Source: a virus
Virus record (IMG/VR): IMGVR_UViG_3300035698_017437
Span: 1-64,000 of that record
DNA length: 64,000 nucleotides
Strand: one strand, 5' to 3'
Below are positions 18,818-30,036 of the stretch, piece after piece. The position numbers and the translations under genes were made by a program. Below the pieces are notes generated by a model. That model was given only the letters and a program-made list of their open reading frames with translations. It ran no database searches and was not told the origin of the DNA. The number at the start of each line of letters is the position of its first letter. Within the stretch, counting starts at the first letter, position 1.

Positions 18818-19485
18818 AATTGATAACAGAAGAATTGTTCAATATCCAAGGTTCTGTAGAGATTCTTGATGAAGCCTCAGGAAAGAAAAACCATTTTCTA
18901 GAAGGAATTTATCTCCAATCAGAATCTAAAAATAGAAATGGAAGAATCTATCCTAAATCTATTCTGAAAAGGGAAGTAAATAGATATATCAAAGAATCAA
19001 TTGATACTAATATGGCTATCGGAGAACTTAATCATCCCAAATATCCTGAACCTAATCCTAAAGAAGCTTCTCATAGAATAATTTCTTTGAAAGAATCTGG
19101 TAATGACTGGATTGGTAAAGCTCTAATTCTCAATACTCCCAATGGAAATATTATCAAAGGACTTCTTGAAGGAGGAGTAAAACTTGGTGTATCCTCTAGA
19201 GGTCTTGGATCGTTGAAAGAAAGTAATGGAGTGAAAGTTATTCAAGAAGATTATTATCTATCAACTGTGGACGTAGTTTCTAATCCTTCCGCACCTAAAG
19301 CATTTGTAAACGGTTTGATGGAATCCAAAGAATGGTTATGGGAAAATGGTAAATGTATTGAATGTGAATTAGAATTATTGAAACGTAAAGTTGAAAAAAA
19401 TAGTGGTGTTATTACTCCGTTGGATGAAAGCTCCATTGTTGAAGATTTCAATAGAATCATGAAAGGATTTAGACTTAGAAACTAA
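18814..19485 (+). CDS. gp21: Prohead protease gp21
   Basis: MKLITE, NRNGRIYP, GELNHP, LGVSSRGLGSL, D.V..PSAP.AFV. Confidence 0.97.
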   Translation: MKLITEELFNIQGSVEILDEASGKKNHFLEGIYLQSESKNRNGRIYPKSILKREVNRYIKESIDTNMAIGELNHPKYPEPNPKEASHRIISLKESGNDWIGKALILNTPNGNIIKGLLEGGVKLGVSSRGLGSLKESNGVKVIQEDYYLSTVDVVSNPSAPKAFVNGLMESKEWLWENGKCIECELELLKRKVEKNSGVITPLDESSIVEDFNRIMKGFRLRN

Positions 19486-19549
19486 TTATTATAAATAATA
19501 CTAACGATTGAAAAATATCAGTCAATTATAAATTACTAAGGAGTAAAGA

Positions 19550-20539
19550 ATGGCTAAAAAAATGGAAAAAATTCTTTCCGACCTTCTCGAATCAAAGCTT
19601 GATGAGGAAGAGATTGTTGTGGATTCGGTTGATGAGGAATTGACTGATGAACAAATAGAAGAGGCAAAGAAAAACCCCTTCGAAAAGAAAGATAAAGATG
19701 ATGAAAAAGATCCTAAAGATAAAGATGATTCCGATGATGATGAAGAAAAGGATGAGGCTTTTGAAAAGAAAGATGATTCTGATGATGATTCTGATGATGA
19801 TTCTGATGATGATGAAGAAAAGGATGATATGAAAGAACATCTTGATGCTCTTTCTACTATCTTTGCTGGATCTAAACTTTCTGAAGATTCTGTCAAACAA
19901 ATTCAAACACTTTTCACTACCGCAGTAGGAGCTATTTCTACATCCCGGGTAGAGAAAGTTCAAGAATCTATGACTGATGAAATGTCCGAAGCTGTAGATA
20001 GCCTTTATGAAAAACTTGACGGGCGTATTTCAAAATATATTACTTATGTTGCTGATGAGTGGATGAATGAAAATGAGCTAGAAGTTGAGGATGGTATCAA
20101 ATCTGACCTCACAGAATCTTTTCTCATAGGAATGAAAGAATTGTTTGTTGAACATTATGTTGATATTCCAGAAGATAAAGTTGATGTTGTAGAATCTCTT
20201 GGTGTTCAACTTACTGAATCAGAAGAAAAATTGAATTCACTTATGGAATCAGAAATGAATCTCCAAGAGGAAGTCAATACTCTTAAAAAAGCTAACATTA
20301 TTTTTGATGTAACGGAATCTTTAGTGGATACTGATATAGAAAAAGTGATTTCTCTTTCTAAAGAAATTGTTTTTGAAAATGATGATCAATATAAAGAGGC
20401 TGTTTCTACTATTGTTGAAAATTATAAGTTCAATGCTGATAATAATCTAAATGAAGAAACGGTAGAGAAGAATGATAATAAGAGTCCATCGAATATGGAC
20501 CGATATCTTTCTGCTCTGAAATCTAAAAGTACTTTCTAA
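19550..20539 (+). CDS. gp22: Prohead scaffold gp22
   Basis: Acidic coiled coil; Y..YVADEWM.EN, F..GMKELFVEHY.DIPE.KVD. Confidence 0.93.
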   Translation: MAKKMEKILSDLLESKLDEEEIVVDSVDEELTDEQIEEAKKNPFEKKDKDDEKDPKDKDDSDDDEEKDEAFEKKDDSDDDSDDDSDDDEEKDDMKEHLDALSTIFAGSKLSEDSVKQIQTLFTTAVGAISTSRVEKVQESMTDEMSEAVDSLYEKLDGRISKYITYVADEWMNENELEVEDGIKSDLTESFLIGMKELFVEHYVDIPEDKVDVVESLGVQLTESEEKLNSLMESEMNLQEEVNTLKKANIIFDVTESLVDTDIEKVISLSKEIVFENDDQYKEAVSTIVENYKFNADNNLNEETVEKNDNKSPSNMDRYLSALKSKSTF

Positions 20540-20572
20540 ATAACTTAATAAACTCTAAAGGAGTAATAAAAT

Positions 20573-21919
20573 ATGTTGACTGTAGAACAGATTAACGAAA
20601 AATGGACCGATATTATCAATGAAGAGGAAGCTCCAAAAATTGATGATTCTTACCGTAAAAAAGTAACTGCTATAATTCTTGAACAACAAGAGAAAGTAAC
20701 TCTTGAAGAAGCGGGATTGATCAATGAAGCTCCAACTAATATTGCTGGCACCTCCGGTAATGGAGCTATTTCTAATTATGATCCTATCCTTATTTCTCTA
20801 GTTCGTAGAACTTTTCCAGTTTCTATTGCTTTTGATATCTTTGGCGTTCAACCAATGAAAATGCCTACTGGTCTTATCTTTGCGATGAAATCCAAGTATG
20901 CCGATAATGCTGATCTTAAATTAGCATCTGAAGCTCTTCATAATGAAGCAAATACAGGTTGGAGTGGAAACTCTGATTTTGATGGTGGTTCTGTATTTGA
21001 TGGAACAGGAAATGCTCCTAATGATCAAGCAGCCGCTGATATTGCTCTTGATGCTACTACTGCTCCTAATCCTTGGACAGTAAATAGTACAACTTATGGT
21101 GTTGGAACAGGTTATACTACTGCTGAAGCTGAACTTTTAGGTGATGCCTCTGGTACTGCTTGGAAAGAAATGGGCTTCTCTATTGAGAAGAAAACTGTTG
21201 AAGCTAAATCCAGAGGACTGAAAACCTCTTGGACTGTAGAAATGGCTCAAGATCTTAAGTCTGTTCATGGTCTGAATGCTGAAAGTGAGCTTGCTAATAT
21301 TCTTTCTAACGAGCTTACTGCTGAAATGAACCGTGAAATGGTTCGCAGATGTATGATCATGTCTAAACCTGGTGCTCAAACTGATACCACAACTCCTGGT
21401 GTTTTTGACCTTGATGTAGATTCAAATGGTCGTTGGTCTGTAGAGCGTTTTAAAGGTCTTATGTTTCAGATTGAACGAGATGCTAACGCTATTGCTATAG
21501 ATACTCGTAGAGGTAAAGGAAACTTTATTATCACTTCTGCTGATGTTGCTTCTGCTCTTGCAATGACTGGACTGCTTGATTCAAATCCAGCTTTCTTGAA
21601 TGGAACGGTAGATGTTGCGTCTAGTTCATATGTTGGTGTTCTGAATGGAACGACTAAAGTATTTGTTGATCCTTTTGTAACTTCTAATGGTGTTCTTGTT
21701 GGATATAAAGGATCCTCTCCGTATGATGCGGGCGCGTTTTATTGTCCTTATGTACCTTTCACGATGTACAAAGCTACTGGTGAAGATACCTTTCAACCTC
21801 GCATGGGTTTCAAGACTCGGGCAGGGTTCACAGTAAATCCATTTGTTAGTCTTACTGATGATATTGTAGCTTCCAATAATCCTTATTACAGGAAATTTGC
21901 TGTAGAGGGATTAATGTAA
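20573..21919 (+). CDS. gp23: Major capsid protein gp23
   Basis: DPILISLVRR, GVQPM..PTGLIFA, EMGFSIEK, E.AQDLK.VHGL.AE.EL, YDAG.FYCPYVP, FQP.MGFKTR. Confidence 0.98.
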   Translation: MLTVEQINEKWTDIINEEEAPKIDDSYRKKVTAIILEQQEKVTLEEAGLINEAPTNIAGTSGNGAISNYDPILISLVRRTFPVSIAFDIFGVQPMKMPTGLIFAMKSKYADNADLKLASEALHNEANTGWSGNSDFDGGSVFDGTGNAPNDQAAADIALDATTAPNPWTVNSTTYGVGTGYTTAEAELLGDASGTAWKEMGFSIEKKTVEAKSRGLKTSWTVEMAQDLKSVHGLNAESELANILSNELTAEMNREMVRRCMIMSKPGAQTDTTTPGVFDLDVDSNGRWSVERFKGLMFQIERDANAIAIDTRRGKGNFIITSADVASALAMTGLLDSNPAFLNGTVDVASSSYVGVLNGTTKVFVDPFVTSNGVLVGYKGSSPYDAGAFYCPYVPFTMYKATGEDTFQPRMGFKTRAGFTVNPFVSLTDDIVASNNPYYRKFAVEGLM

Positions 21920-21951
21920 AATATAGTACAGAAGTATCGTTGTAGAATATT

Positions 21952-21990
21952 AGCTCCCATAGAGATTTATTTCTTTATGGGAGCTTTTTT
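21952..21990 (+). terminator. Intrinsic terminator after gp23
   Basis: AGCTCCCATAGAGA...TCTTTATGGGAGCT + T-tract. Confidence 0.85.
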
Positions 21991-22052
21991 AGGTTGACAA
22001 TAATGAGAATTTATGATATAGTTGTATAACCAATATAAAGAGAGGATTTATA

Positions 22053-23735
22053 ATGACAGAATATATTCACATAAAAAACAAACCCATATCTAAGGATCAC
22101 TTGATTTATCTTTGGGTAGAGATGGAAATGTCTTTAGATGGAATAGGAAGGTTATTAGGAGTGAGAGGTCCAACAATCAAGGATCATTTGAAGAAAAATG
22201 ATATTTATGATTTGAGAGATTTCAATAAAAAGGTAGTAGATATACCAAAACAGAAATCTCAAGAACAGGAAATATTTGAGAAATTATATAATATTGACGG
22301 ATTGAGTATGATGGAAATATCCAGAAAGTTGGGAATGTCTAGAAAAATGGTTAAGTATAGGTTATTAAATTATGATCTAATAGATTCCTCTATTGATGCT
22401 AGATCTAGCAGGAAAATAGAAATATCAAAAGCTGATTTAGATTTTCTCTGGAATGAAAAAAAGATGGACTTTTCACAAATATCATCATTGTTGGAAGTTG
22501 GATCGGCATTAATAAAAAAGAGACTTTTAGAGTATGATATAATTGATAAGGATTTCAATCCTAGAAATCGGAATAGAAAAGGTACAAAAGAAGTCCTCTT
22601 CCATTTGTGGAATAAAGGACATTCAATGAAAGAAATCTGTAAAGAGATTGGAATAGGCAGGGAACTATTAAAGTCTGAATTGAAAAAATATGATATAATT
22701 GATCAAGACTTTCAAGGAACATTTATTGATATTGGTACTAAAGATGATTTAACTTTCTTGTATATAGAAAAGGTATTATCGGTGAGAGAGATTTCCGTAA
22801 TGATGGAAGTAGCAAAGTCTACTGTTATCGGAAGACTAAAGGGATATGATCTATGGGACTTACGACCACATGATAAGGGTAGGTCCGAATCAGAGATAGA
22901 AGTATCTGATTTCATAAAGAGTATATACAAAGATAAAGTGTTGGATAATGATAGGAAAGCTATAAGTCCTTTGGAATTAGACATATATCTTCCAGAGAAA
23001 AATTTTGCTATTGAGTATAATAGATTATATTGGCATTCAGAACTTTATAAAGATAAGAATTATCATTTAGATAAAACTTTAGCATGTGAAAAGAAAAATA
23101 TTCAATTATTCCATATTTTTGAAGATGATTGGAGAGATAAATCTGAAGTAATAAAACGTAAATTGAAATATTTATTATGTGGACATAGTAAAAGAGTTTA
23201 TGGGAGAAAGTGTGTTTCTAGAAAGATAAATTCTAATGAAGCTTCAGAGTTTTACAATAAACATCATATTCAAGGAGGCAGGTCTTCTCTGTTCTCTGTT
23301 TCATATGGTCTTTATTATGAGAACGAATTAGTATCTGTACAATCATACAAAAGGATGAAAGATAAATGGGATTTATGTAGATTTGCTACATCATACTCTG
23401 TTATTGGAGGATTTTCTAAATTATTGAAAGTTTTTGTGAAGGAGTATAATCCAGAATTTATAACATCTTTTGGCGATCTTACTTTGATAAATAGGAAATC
23501 TAATGTATATATTTCTTGTGGATTTGAAGAGGAATATGTTACTTCACCAGATTATAAATATATAGTGAATAACGAAAGAAGACATAAATTCGGTTTTAGA
23601 AAAAATAAATTAGAAAAAATGTTTCCGATGTATGATATAAAAAAATATACAGAGAAACAAATTTGTTATGAAAATGGATTGTATAGAATTTATGATTGTG
23701 GTAAAATCAAATATAAACTAAACCTTGTGGAATAA
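22053..23735 (+). mobile_element. Hef-like free-standing endonuclease (HTH repeats + DUF559/VSR-like nuclease + conserved C-domain)
   Basis: About five helical repeats; ELDIY.PE..AIEYN.LYWHS..YH..K...L.HIFEDDW; C-terminal H.QG, L.RFA, GGFSKL, RIYDCG; own promoter TTGACA-17-TATAGT at 21994. Confidence 0.85.
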
Positions 23736-23738
23736 TAT

Positions 23739-24275
23739 ATGTCAGCCTCCTTTGAAAAGAAAGATAATCTCAATATTACAGAAAGTTCAAATTATCGTTT
23801 AGTTATAGCTGAACTACCTCAAACATCTATGATGTGTCAAGGAATATCTTTACCTGGGATTTCAATAGGTCAAGCTAATGTACCTTCACCTCTTGTTGAT
23901 TATTCAAAATCAGGAGATAAAGTTGTTTTTGATCCTCTAAGAGTTGATTTTCTTGTAGATGAAGATTTGGGAAATTGGAAGGAGATTTGGAAATGGATAA
24001 TGTATCTAGGTTTTCCGATATCAACTAAACAATTCAAAAAATTGATTCTTGACAATACTGAATATAAAGAAGTCTCAGATATAGGTCTAATTCTCACAAC
24101 AAATAAAAAAAATCCTAATAATATTGTTACCTTTGTAGACGCTTTCCCTGTTGATTTAGCTGGTTTGGATTTCACAACAACTTCAGATGGAACAGTTCAT
24201 ATATCCTCTTCAATCACTTTCACTTATTCTTATTACTATTTCGGCAATCAATCAGAATATAATTCTGAAATATAA
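23739..24275 (+). CDS. gp3: Tail completion/tube terminator gp3
   Basis: CQ..SLPGIS.G, GDK..F..L.V.FLVDEDL.NW.EI..W, DAFP..L..L.F. Confidence 0.85.
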   Translation: MSASFEKKDNLNITESSNYRLVIAELPQTSMMCQGISLPGISIGQANVPSPLVDYSKSGDKVVFDPLRVDFLVDEDLGNWKEIWKWIMYLGFPISTKQFKKLILDNTEYKEVSDIGLILTTNKKNPNNIVTFVDAFPVDLAGLDFTTTSDGTVHISSSITFTYSYYYFGNQSEYNSEI

Positions 24276-24276
24276 C

Positions 24277-24305
24277 TTGACATTTTATTGGTTATATGTT
24301 ATAAT
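24277..24305 (+). promoter_or_regulatory. Sigma70-type promoter (similar sites at 21994, 27039, 33429, 37118, 39798, 48070, 52924)
   Basis: TTGACA-17 bp-TATAAT, often with TG extension. Confidence 0.8.
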
Positions 24306-24331
24306 TCTTATATAATAAAGGAGAATAATAT

Positions 24332-24586
24332 ATGATGATCAAAATTTCAGTTAGAAAAGTGAAAAATGTTATTAGATTATGGGAACAAGATAGACCAAGA
24401 GAAGAAAAATTATTATTGGAAGAATTGGAAAAATGTACAGGCTGGGCCACAGAAATATGTTCTCCTTATTTCAAAAAAAGTGACTTTTTGAATAAACTGA
24501 ATGTTCTTGTTGAAGAGGCAGAAGATACAGAATATCCATATATCTTCTTTGATTATAATGAATATAAATTATTTAGAGAATGCTAA
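24332..24586 (+). CDS. Hypothetical protein
   Basis: RBS AAGGAG, downstream of promoter. Confidence 0.65.
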   Translation: MMIKISVRKVKNVIRLWEQDRPREEKLLLEELEKCTGWATEICSPYFKKSDFLNKLNVLVEEAEDTEYPYIFFDYNEYKLFREC

Positions 24587-24589
24587 TAA

Positions 24590-25018
24590 ATGAATTTCAA
24601 AGAAATCAAGGAAGCTGTTGATAATGATCTAACAATAGATCCTTCAGATCTTACAGGAGAATCTATAAGAACTCCTATACTTCATAACAAATATTTGAGA
24701 GAATATTATGGAGCTAAAGATCAAAAAAAACGGATGGAAATAGAAGTTGATTCATTGAATAAACGTCTTTGGTTATATTATTCAGGTAAAGCAGATCCTA
24801 AAGTATATCTAAAAAGATCTTTAGATTTGAAAGTAATGAAAGGTGATGTGAAAATGTTTATTGATACAGATTCGGAAATGGTAGAGAAAACATATAAATT
24901 GAGTCAACTAACAGATAAAGTTTCTTTTCTGAAAAGGATTCTTGAGGAAATAAATAGAAGAACTTTCCATTTATCTAATGCGAATAAATCTAATTCCTTT
25001 CAGAATGGTGATTTCTAA
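24590..25018 (+). CDS. uvsY: Recombination mediator UvsY
   Basis: D..ID...L..ES..P.LH.KYL, YYSGKA; precedes uvsW. Confidence 0.9.
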   Translation: MNFKEIKEAVDNDLTIDPSDLTGESIRTPILHNKYLREYYGAKDQKKRMEIEVDSLNKRLWLYYSGKADPKVYLKRSLDLKVMKGDVKMFIDTDSEMVEKTYKLSQLTDKVSFLKRILEEINRRTFHLSNANKSNSFQNGDF

Positions 25019-26475
25019 TGGATATCATAGTATCTAAAATAAATGAATCATATCTCCGAGTTGATTGTTCAAGAGATATCGCTCTAGAGTTGTCTGATTT
25101 TTTCGCATTCTTCATGGATGGATATTTGTTTAGTCCTAAATTCAAAGCCAGAATGTGGGATGGTAAAATAAGACTGTTCAATTTACAATCTTGTACTATT
25201 CTTTCAGGACTGAAAAACCATCTTGAATATTTTGCTAAGAATAATAATTATGATATTCTATTTGAATATGATATTGATCCTCTACCTTTCAAAGGAGAAT
25301 CCTATCTCAAAGAATTAGATATACATTCTAAAGGAAATCCTATTACTCCGAGAGATTATCAAACCGCCTCATTTGAATATGGTATATCAAATCAAGGATC
25401 ATTGATAGTTTCTCCAACATCTTCAGGTAAATCTCTAGTAATTTATGCTCTAACAAGATACATCCAAGAAGAGGTCAAAGGGAAAATTCTTATTCTTGTT
25501 CCAACAATAAATCTTGTGACTCAATTATTTGAAGATTTCAGAGATTATTCATCTAATGTTGATTGGAATGTAGATGATAATTGTCACTTGATTATGGCAG
25601 GCAAAGATAAAAATTCAGATAAGCAAATTTACATATCTACCTGGCAATCAATTTATAAACAACCCGCTAAATATTTTCACCAGTTCAATGCGGCGATCAA
25701 TGATGAAGTACATTTAGCGGATGGTAAATCAATAACAGGTATTGTTTCTAAATGTGTAAATGCTAATTATAGAATTGGTCTTACTGGAACAATAAAAAAA
25801 GCTAAAGCATATATTCTCCAATTAGAAGGACTCTTTGGTAAACATAAAAAGATGATTTCAACAAAGAAATTGATTGATAGAGGAGAGATATCACCAATCA
25901 ATATCAATGCCGTTGTGTTGAAATATACAGCGAAAGAATGTTATCCTAAAAGAACATATCAAGAAGAGAAAACATTCATATTAGAGAATATGAGAAGAAA
26001 TAAATTTATTGTAAAATTGGTCAAATCCTTAAAAGGTAATACAGTAGTGATGTTTCAAATCATTTCCCATGGAAAACTGTTGAAAAGTCTTATAGAGAAA
26101 GTTGTTGATTGTCCTGTGTATTATATTGATGGATCTACTCCAGCAGAAGAAAGAGAGGAAATAAGAGGTTTTATTGGAAAACAAAAAAGATCAATTCTTA
26201 TAGGATCATTCGGAACAATTTCGGTGGGTTTGAACGTCCCAAAATTGGAAAATATGATTTTTGCCTCTAGTTATAAGTCCCAAATAAAAATACTTCAATC
26301 AATAGGTAGAATTCTTAGATTAGCTGAAGGAAAAACCTCTTGTACTCTTTATGATATTGTTGATGATTTGAAAAAGGGAAAAAGACAAAATTATCATTTG
26401 AATCATGCCTTACAGAGGTTTGAATATTATAGAGAAGAACAGTTTCCAGTAAAGTTTATAAAATTCAAAATATAG
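25018..26475 (+). CDS. uvsW: UvsW helicase
   Basis: WDGKIRLF, PRDYQ, SPTSSGKS, DEVH, GLTGT, LQSIGR.LR. Confidence 0.96.
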   Translation: MDIIVSKINESYLRVDCSRDIALELSDFFAFFMDGYLFSPKFKARMWDGKIRLFNLQSCTILSGLKNHLEYFAKNNNYDILFEYDIDPLPFKGESYLKELDIHSKGNPITPRDYQTASFEYGISNQGSLIVSPTSSGKSLVIYALTRYIQEEVKGKILILVPTINLVTQLFEDFRDYSSNVDWNVDDNCHLIMAGKDKNSDKQIYISTWQSIYKQPAKYFHQFNAAINDEVHLADGKSITGIVSKCVNANYRIGLTGTIKKAKAYILQLEGLFGKHKKMISTKKLIDRGEISPININAVVLKYTAKECYPKRTYQEEKTFILENMRRNKFIVKLVKSLKGNTVVMFQIISHGKLLKSLIEKVVDCPVYYIDGSTPAEEREEIRGFIGKQKRSILIGSFGTISVGLNVPKLENMIFASSYKSQIKILQSIGRILRLAEGKTSCTLYDIVDDLKKGKRQNYHLNHALQRFEYYREEQFPVKFIKFKI

Positions 26476-26485
26476 AGAGAGATCT

Positions 26486-27052
26486 ATGAAGAAAACAGCC
26501 AGACATTATGTGGATAATTTTACGTTTACTAAAGCTCTTGTTGATTATGATAAAGAGTGTAAATTATTGGAAGCTCAAAATTTACCAATCAATAAACCTA
26601 GTGATTATATAGGTAATTGTGTCCTTCTTATCTGTCATCATTTATCATATAGATATAATTTCTCAAGATATTCATGGAAACAAGAAATGGTTGCTGATGC
26701 CATTTTTACTTGTATAAAGGCTGTTCGTAAATTTGATCCAGAAAAATCAAATAATGCTTTTGCTTATCTTACTAGAATAGCATTCAATGCCTTTGTAGGT
26801 AGGATCAATATAGAGAAACGTCATACAGACACAAAAAATATGGTACTTTTCAATATTGATATTGATGATTTTATGTCCAACTCTTTTGATTCTGATGGAG
26901 CTCCCAAATATAATGAAATGGTCAAATATCTAAACGATATGGGACTCCAACATATTACAGAGAAAAATCTACCAAAAGCTAGAAAGAAAACAATTAGAAA
27001 AGTTCCCGTTTATGAGGGTAATACCTTAGATTCTTTTCTTGACAAAGAATAA
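26486..27052 (+). CDS. gp55: Late sigma factor gp55
   Basis: HYVDN, YIG.C...I, NF..Y...EM..D, FDPEKS.NAFAY.T.I. Confidence 0.93.
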   Translation: MKKTARHYVDNFTFTKALVDYDKECKLLEAQNLPINKPSDYIGNCVLLICHHLSYRYNFSRYSWKQEMVADAIFTCIKAVRKFDPEKSNNAFAYLTRIAFNAFVGRINIEKRHTDTKNMVLFNIDIDDFMSNSFDSDGAPKYNEMVKYLNDMGLQHITEKNLPKARKKTIRKVPVYEGNTLDSFLDKE

Positions 27053-27181
27053 ATATTGTGTTATATTACTAGTTTAGATGAGTCCTGTTTGGAGGATAGC
27101 TCAGGCAGAGAGATAATATGTTTTGTATACTAGCATATAGTCAACAAATTCAATTGCTTAGAAGAGAGGTTAGGTAGTTAT

Positions 27182-28252
27182 ATGAAGATATTGTTTGTTG
27201 GAGATTTACATTTCGGAGTTAGGAATGACAGTGATTTTTTTATACAAATACAGAAAGAATATTTTCGGGATTTCTTTTTTCCTTATGTGAAGAAAAACAA
27301 AATAAAACATATAATTTTTCTTGGTGATGTTTTTGATAAAAGAAGATATGTCAATTATAAAACTCTAAAACATATCCGGAAGAATTTTGTTTCTGGATTA
27401 TTGGAAATGGATGTAACTTGTCATTTTATTGTGGGAAATCATGACACATTTTTCAAAAATACATTATCTCTAAATGCGTATGGAGAAATATTCCCTCGTC
27501 CTATGCCAGTCAATTTCTTTGTATATTATGAACCTAAAGAAATAAAGATTGGTAAAACTTCTCTGTTGATGTGTCCTTGGATCAATAATGAAAATGAAAA
27601 AGAAATCAATGAAGCTATAGAATATTCCTCTTCTGATTTATGTATTGGACATTTTGAAATCAACGGTATAATAATGACAAAAGGGATATCATGCTCTTCT
27701 GGTATTACTCCAAAACTATTCCAAAATTTTGATAGAGTTTTCTCTGGACATCTTCATGGTCCTTCAGAAAAAGATAATATCACCTATGTTGGATCTCCTA
27801 TACAATATAATTGGAATGATTATGGAGATCCAAAACGTCTGATAGAATTTGATACTACCTCAAAAGAATATAAAAATGTTGAATTTTCAAAATCTCAACT
27901 TTTTGAAAAGTTGTCATATGATGATTCATATGAAGGATATACTCCTGTTCCACCCAATAATCTAAAAAATAAATTCTTGAAATTATTTGTTGTGAAGAAA
28001 TATTCTCCATTGGTATTTGAGAAGTATTGTAATACAATAAGGAATCAGAATCCAGAAAATTTTGAAATTATAGAATCATCTTCATATTCGGATGATTCTG
28101 TTGCTCCTGATGATATGATGGAAAGAGGCACAGAAGATTTGATAAATGAGACAATTGATGAAATAACAGAAATTTCTCCAATCCAGAGAGATGGACTAAA
28201 AAGATTGATGAGTGAATTACATTTAGAAGCAGAGGCATTGAGAAAAATATGA
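27182..28252 (+). CDS. gp47: Recombination nuclease gp47 (Mre11-like)
   Basis: GDLHFG, LGDVFD.R, GNHD, GHFE, SGH.H. Confidence 0.95.
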   Translation: MKILFVGDLHFGVRNDSDFFIQIQKEYFRDFFFPYVKKNKIKHIIFLGDVFDKRRYVNYKTLKHIRKNFVSGLLEMDVTCHFIVGNHDTFFKNTLSLNAYGEIFPRPMPVNFFVYYEPKEIKIGKTSLLMCPWINNENEKEINEAIEYSSSDLCIGHFEINGIIMTKGISCSSGITPKLFQNFDRVFSGHLHGPSEKDNITYVGSPIQYNWNDYGDPKRLIEFDTTSKEYKNVEFSKSQLFEKLSYDDSYEGYTPVPPNNLKNKFLKLFVVKKYSPLVFEKYCNTIRNQNPENFEIIESSSYSDDSVAPDDMMERGTEDLINETIDEITEISPIQRDGLKRLMSELHLEAEALRKI

Positions 28253-29949
28253 TAGTGTTTGAGAGAATCAGTTTCAAAAATTTATTATCTGTTGGGAACA
28301 CTCCAGAAGAAATTTCATTGAATGATTATAAAAATACCATAGTCTTTGGTAAAAATGGTGCAGGAAAAACAGTTTTATTAGATTCTATAACATTTGTTTT
28401 ATATGGAAAACCCTTCAGAAAAATAAAAACTGGTCAATTAGTAAACAATATCAACTCCAATGGAACAGTAGTAAAAATAAATTTTCATATTGGAGAAAAT
28501 TCTTATAAAGTTGTGAGAACTATAAAACCTAATTCTTTAGAAATATGGGTAAATGATGAATTACTTCCTCAAGATGCTTCTGTAAAAAATTACCAATCCA
28601 TATTAGAAGATCAAATTCTCAAAATAAATTACAAGAGTTTTATTCAAATTGTTATTTTAGGTTCCTCTAGTTATGCACCTTTCATGACATTGCCCAATAC
28701 AGCAAGAAAAAATATCATTGAAGATCTTCTGGATATCTCTATTTTCAGTTTGATGAATAAATGCCTAAAGGATAGAACAAATATACACAAAGAAAATAGA
28801 TTAGAGTTGAAATCTAAATTATCAACATTGAAAAGAGAATATACCATACATAAAGAACATCAAGACGAGGCTGAAGCAGATATATCCGATCAATTGAAGC
28901 AAATTGAGTCAAGAATCAAAATATATTTGGATGAAAATGTTGATTCACAACTAATAAAAGATTCTTTGAAACTAGAAATTCCCTTGAATAATGAGGATGA
29001 AATCCAATTAGGAAAGGATGTAGATAAATTTAGAGAATATGAAATCAAAATAGAAAGTAAGTTATCTAGATTAGAAAATGATATGAGTTTTATAGAGGAT
29101 AATAATAATTGTTCCAAATGTGAACAAGCCATATCTGAAGAATATAAAGAACAAAAACGCAATGAAGGTAGACAAAAAGTTCTTGAATTCAAAAAAGGCT
29201 TAAACCAAATATCTCCTAAATTGAAAAACCTTAGATGTAGACTAGAAGATGTGAAAAAATCTCAGATTGAGACTAGAAGAATCAAGAAAGAGATTTGGAG
29301 TTGCGAAACATCCATTGAAATGAATAATGGATATTTGAAAAATCTGAATGAAGATAAAAAAGATTTAGAGAATAAAGAACTCCAGGTATCAAATTTTGAC
29401 TTGATGGCTTTTGGTGATAAAATTTCTCAGAAGAAAGGAGAGATGGATAGGATAGTAGAGAAAGCAGAATTGTTGAAAATAGCAAATACCTTATTGAAAG
29501 ATGATGGAATAAAAACTAAGGTAGTGAAATATTTTCTTCCTATGATAAATCATTTACTCAATGGATATTTAGAAAAAATGAATTTTCCAATCTCTTTTGA
29601 GTTTGATGAATCTTTCAATGAGAGAATTAGTTCAGCAAATAGGACATCTTTTAGTTATGGTTCCTTTAGTGAAGGAGAGAAAACAAGAATAAATTTAGCT
29701 CTCTTATTCACATGGAGAGAAATATCCAAAATCAAAAATTCCGCAGCGACTAATTTACTCCTTATGGATGAAATTCTAGATTCTTCATTAGATGGAAGTG
29801 GATTAGACGATTTCCAGGAAATTATAAAAACCCTTGAAGATACAAATATCATAATTATAAGTCATAGGACCGAAACAACATCCGCTTCTTTTGATAGATC
29901 TATTGAGGTGATGAAATCAGGAAACTTTACCAAATATATCATAGAATGA
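28249..29949 (+). CDS. gp46: Recombination ATPase gp46 (Rad50-like)
   Basis: GKNGAGKT, CSKC hook, SFSEGEK.RI, MDEILDSSLD, ISH. Confidence 0.96.
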   Translation: MIVFERISFKNLLSVGNTPEEISLNDYKNTIVFGKNGAGKTVLLDSITFVLYGKPFRKIKTGQLVNNINSNGTVVKINFHIGENSYKVVRTIKPNSLEIWVNDELLPQDASVKNYQSILEDQILKINYKSFIQIVILGSSSYAPFMTLPNTARKNIIEDLLDISIFSLMNKCLKDRTNIHKENRLELKSKLSTLKREYTIHKEHQDEAEADISDQLKQIESRIKIYLDENVDSQLIKDSLKLEIPLNNEDEIQLGKDVDKFREYEIKIESKLSRLENDMSFIEDNNNCSKCEQAISEEYKEQKRNEGRQKVLEFKKGLNQISPKLKNLRCRLEDVKKSQIETRRIKKEIWSCETSIEMNNGYLKNLNEDKKDLENKELQVSNFDLMAFGDKISQKKGEMDRIVEKAELLKIANTLLKDDGIKTKVVKYFLPMINHLLNGYLEKMNFPISFEFDESFNERISSANRTSFSYGSFSEGEKTRINLALLFTWREISKIKNSAATNLLLMDEILDSSLDGSGLDDFQEIIKTLEDTNIIIISHRTETTSASFDRSIEVMKSGNFTKYIIE

Positions 29950-29958
29950 AATTAGATG

Positions 29959-30036
29959 TTGACTTTTTATTCTATACATGTTATAATTACATATACCAAA
30001 TGAGAAATACCAATTTAATATGAGGTTAGAATTATG
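29959..30036 (+). promoter_or_regulatory. PeSL-like cassette copy 1
   Basis: TTGACT-17-TATAAT inside an imperfect inverted repeat; RBS; ATG 75 bp after -35 start. Confidence 0.85.

Noticed and set aside
17945-19963. Long minus-strand ORFs opposite gp20-gp22 (and similar antisense ORFs elsewhere)
   Set aside because: Shadows of low-complexity acidic coding; TTA/CTA/TCA usage on the sense strand explains the open antisense frames; no RBS or promoter
27067-27181. Structured leader or riboswitch before gp47
   Set aside because: Only short, weak stems; no recognisable aptamer
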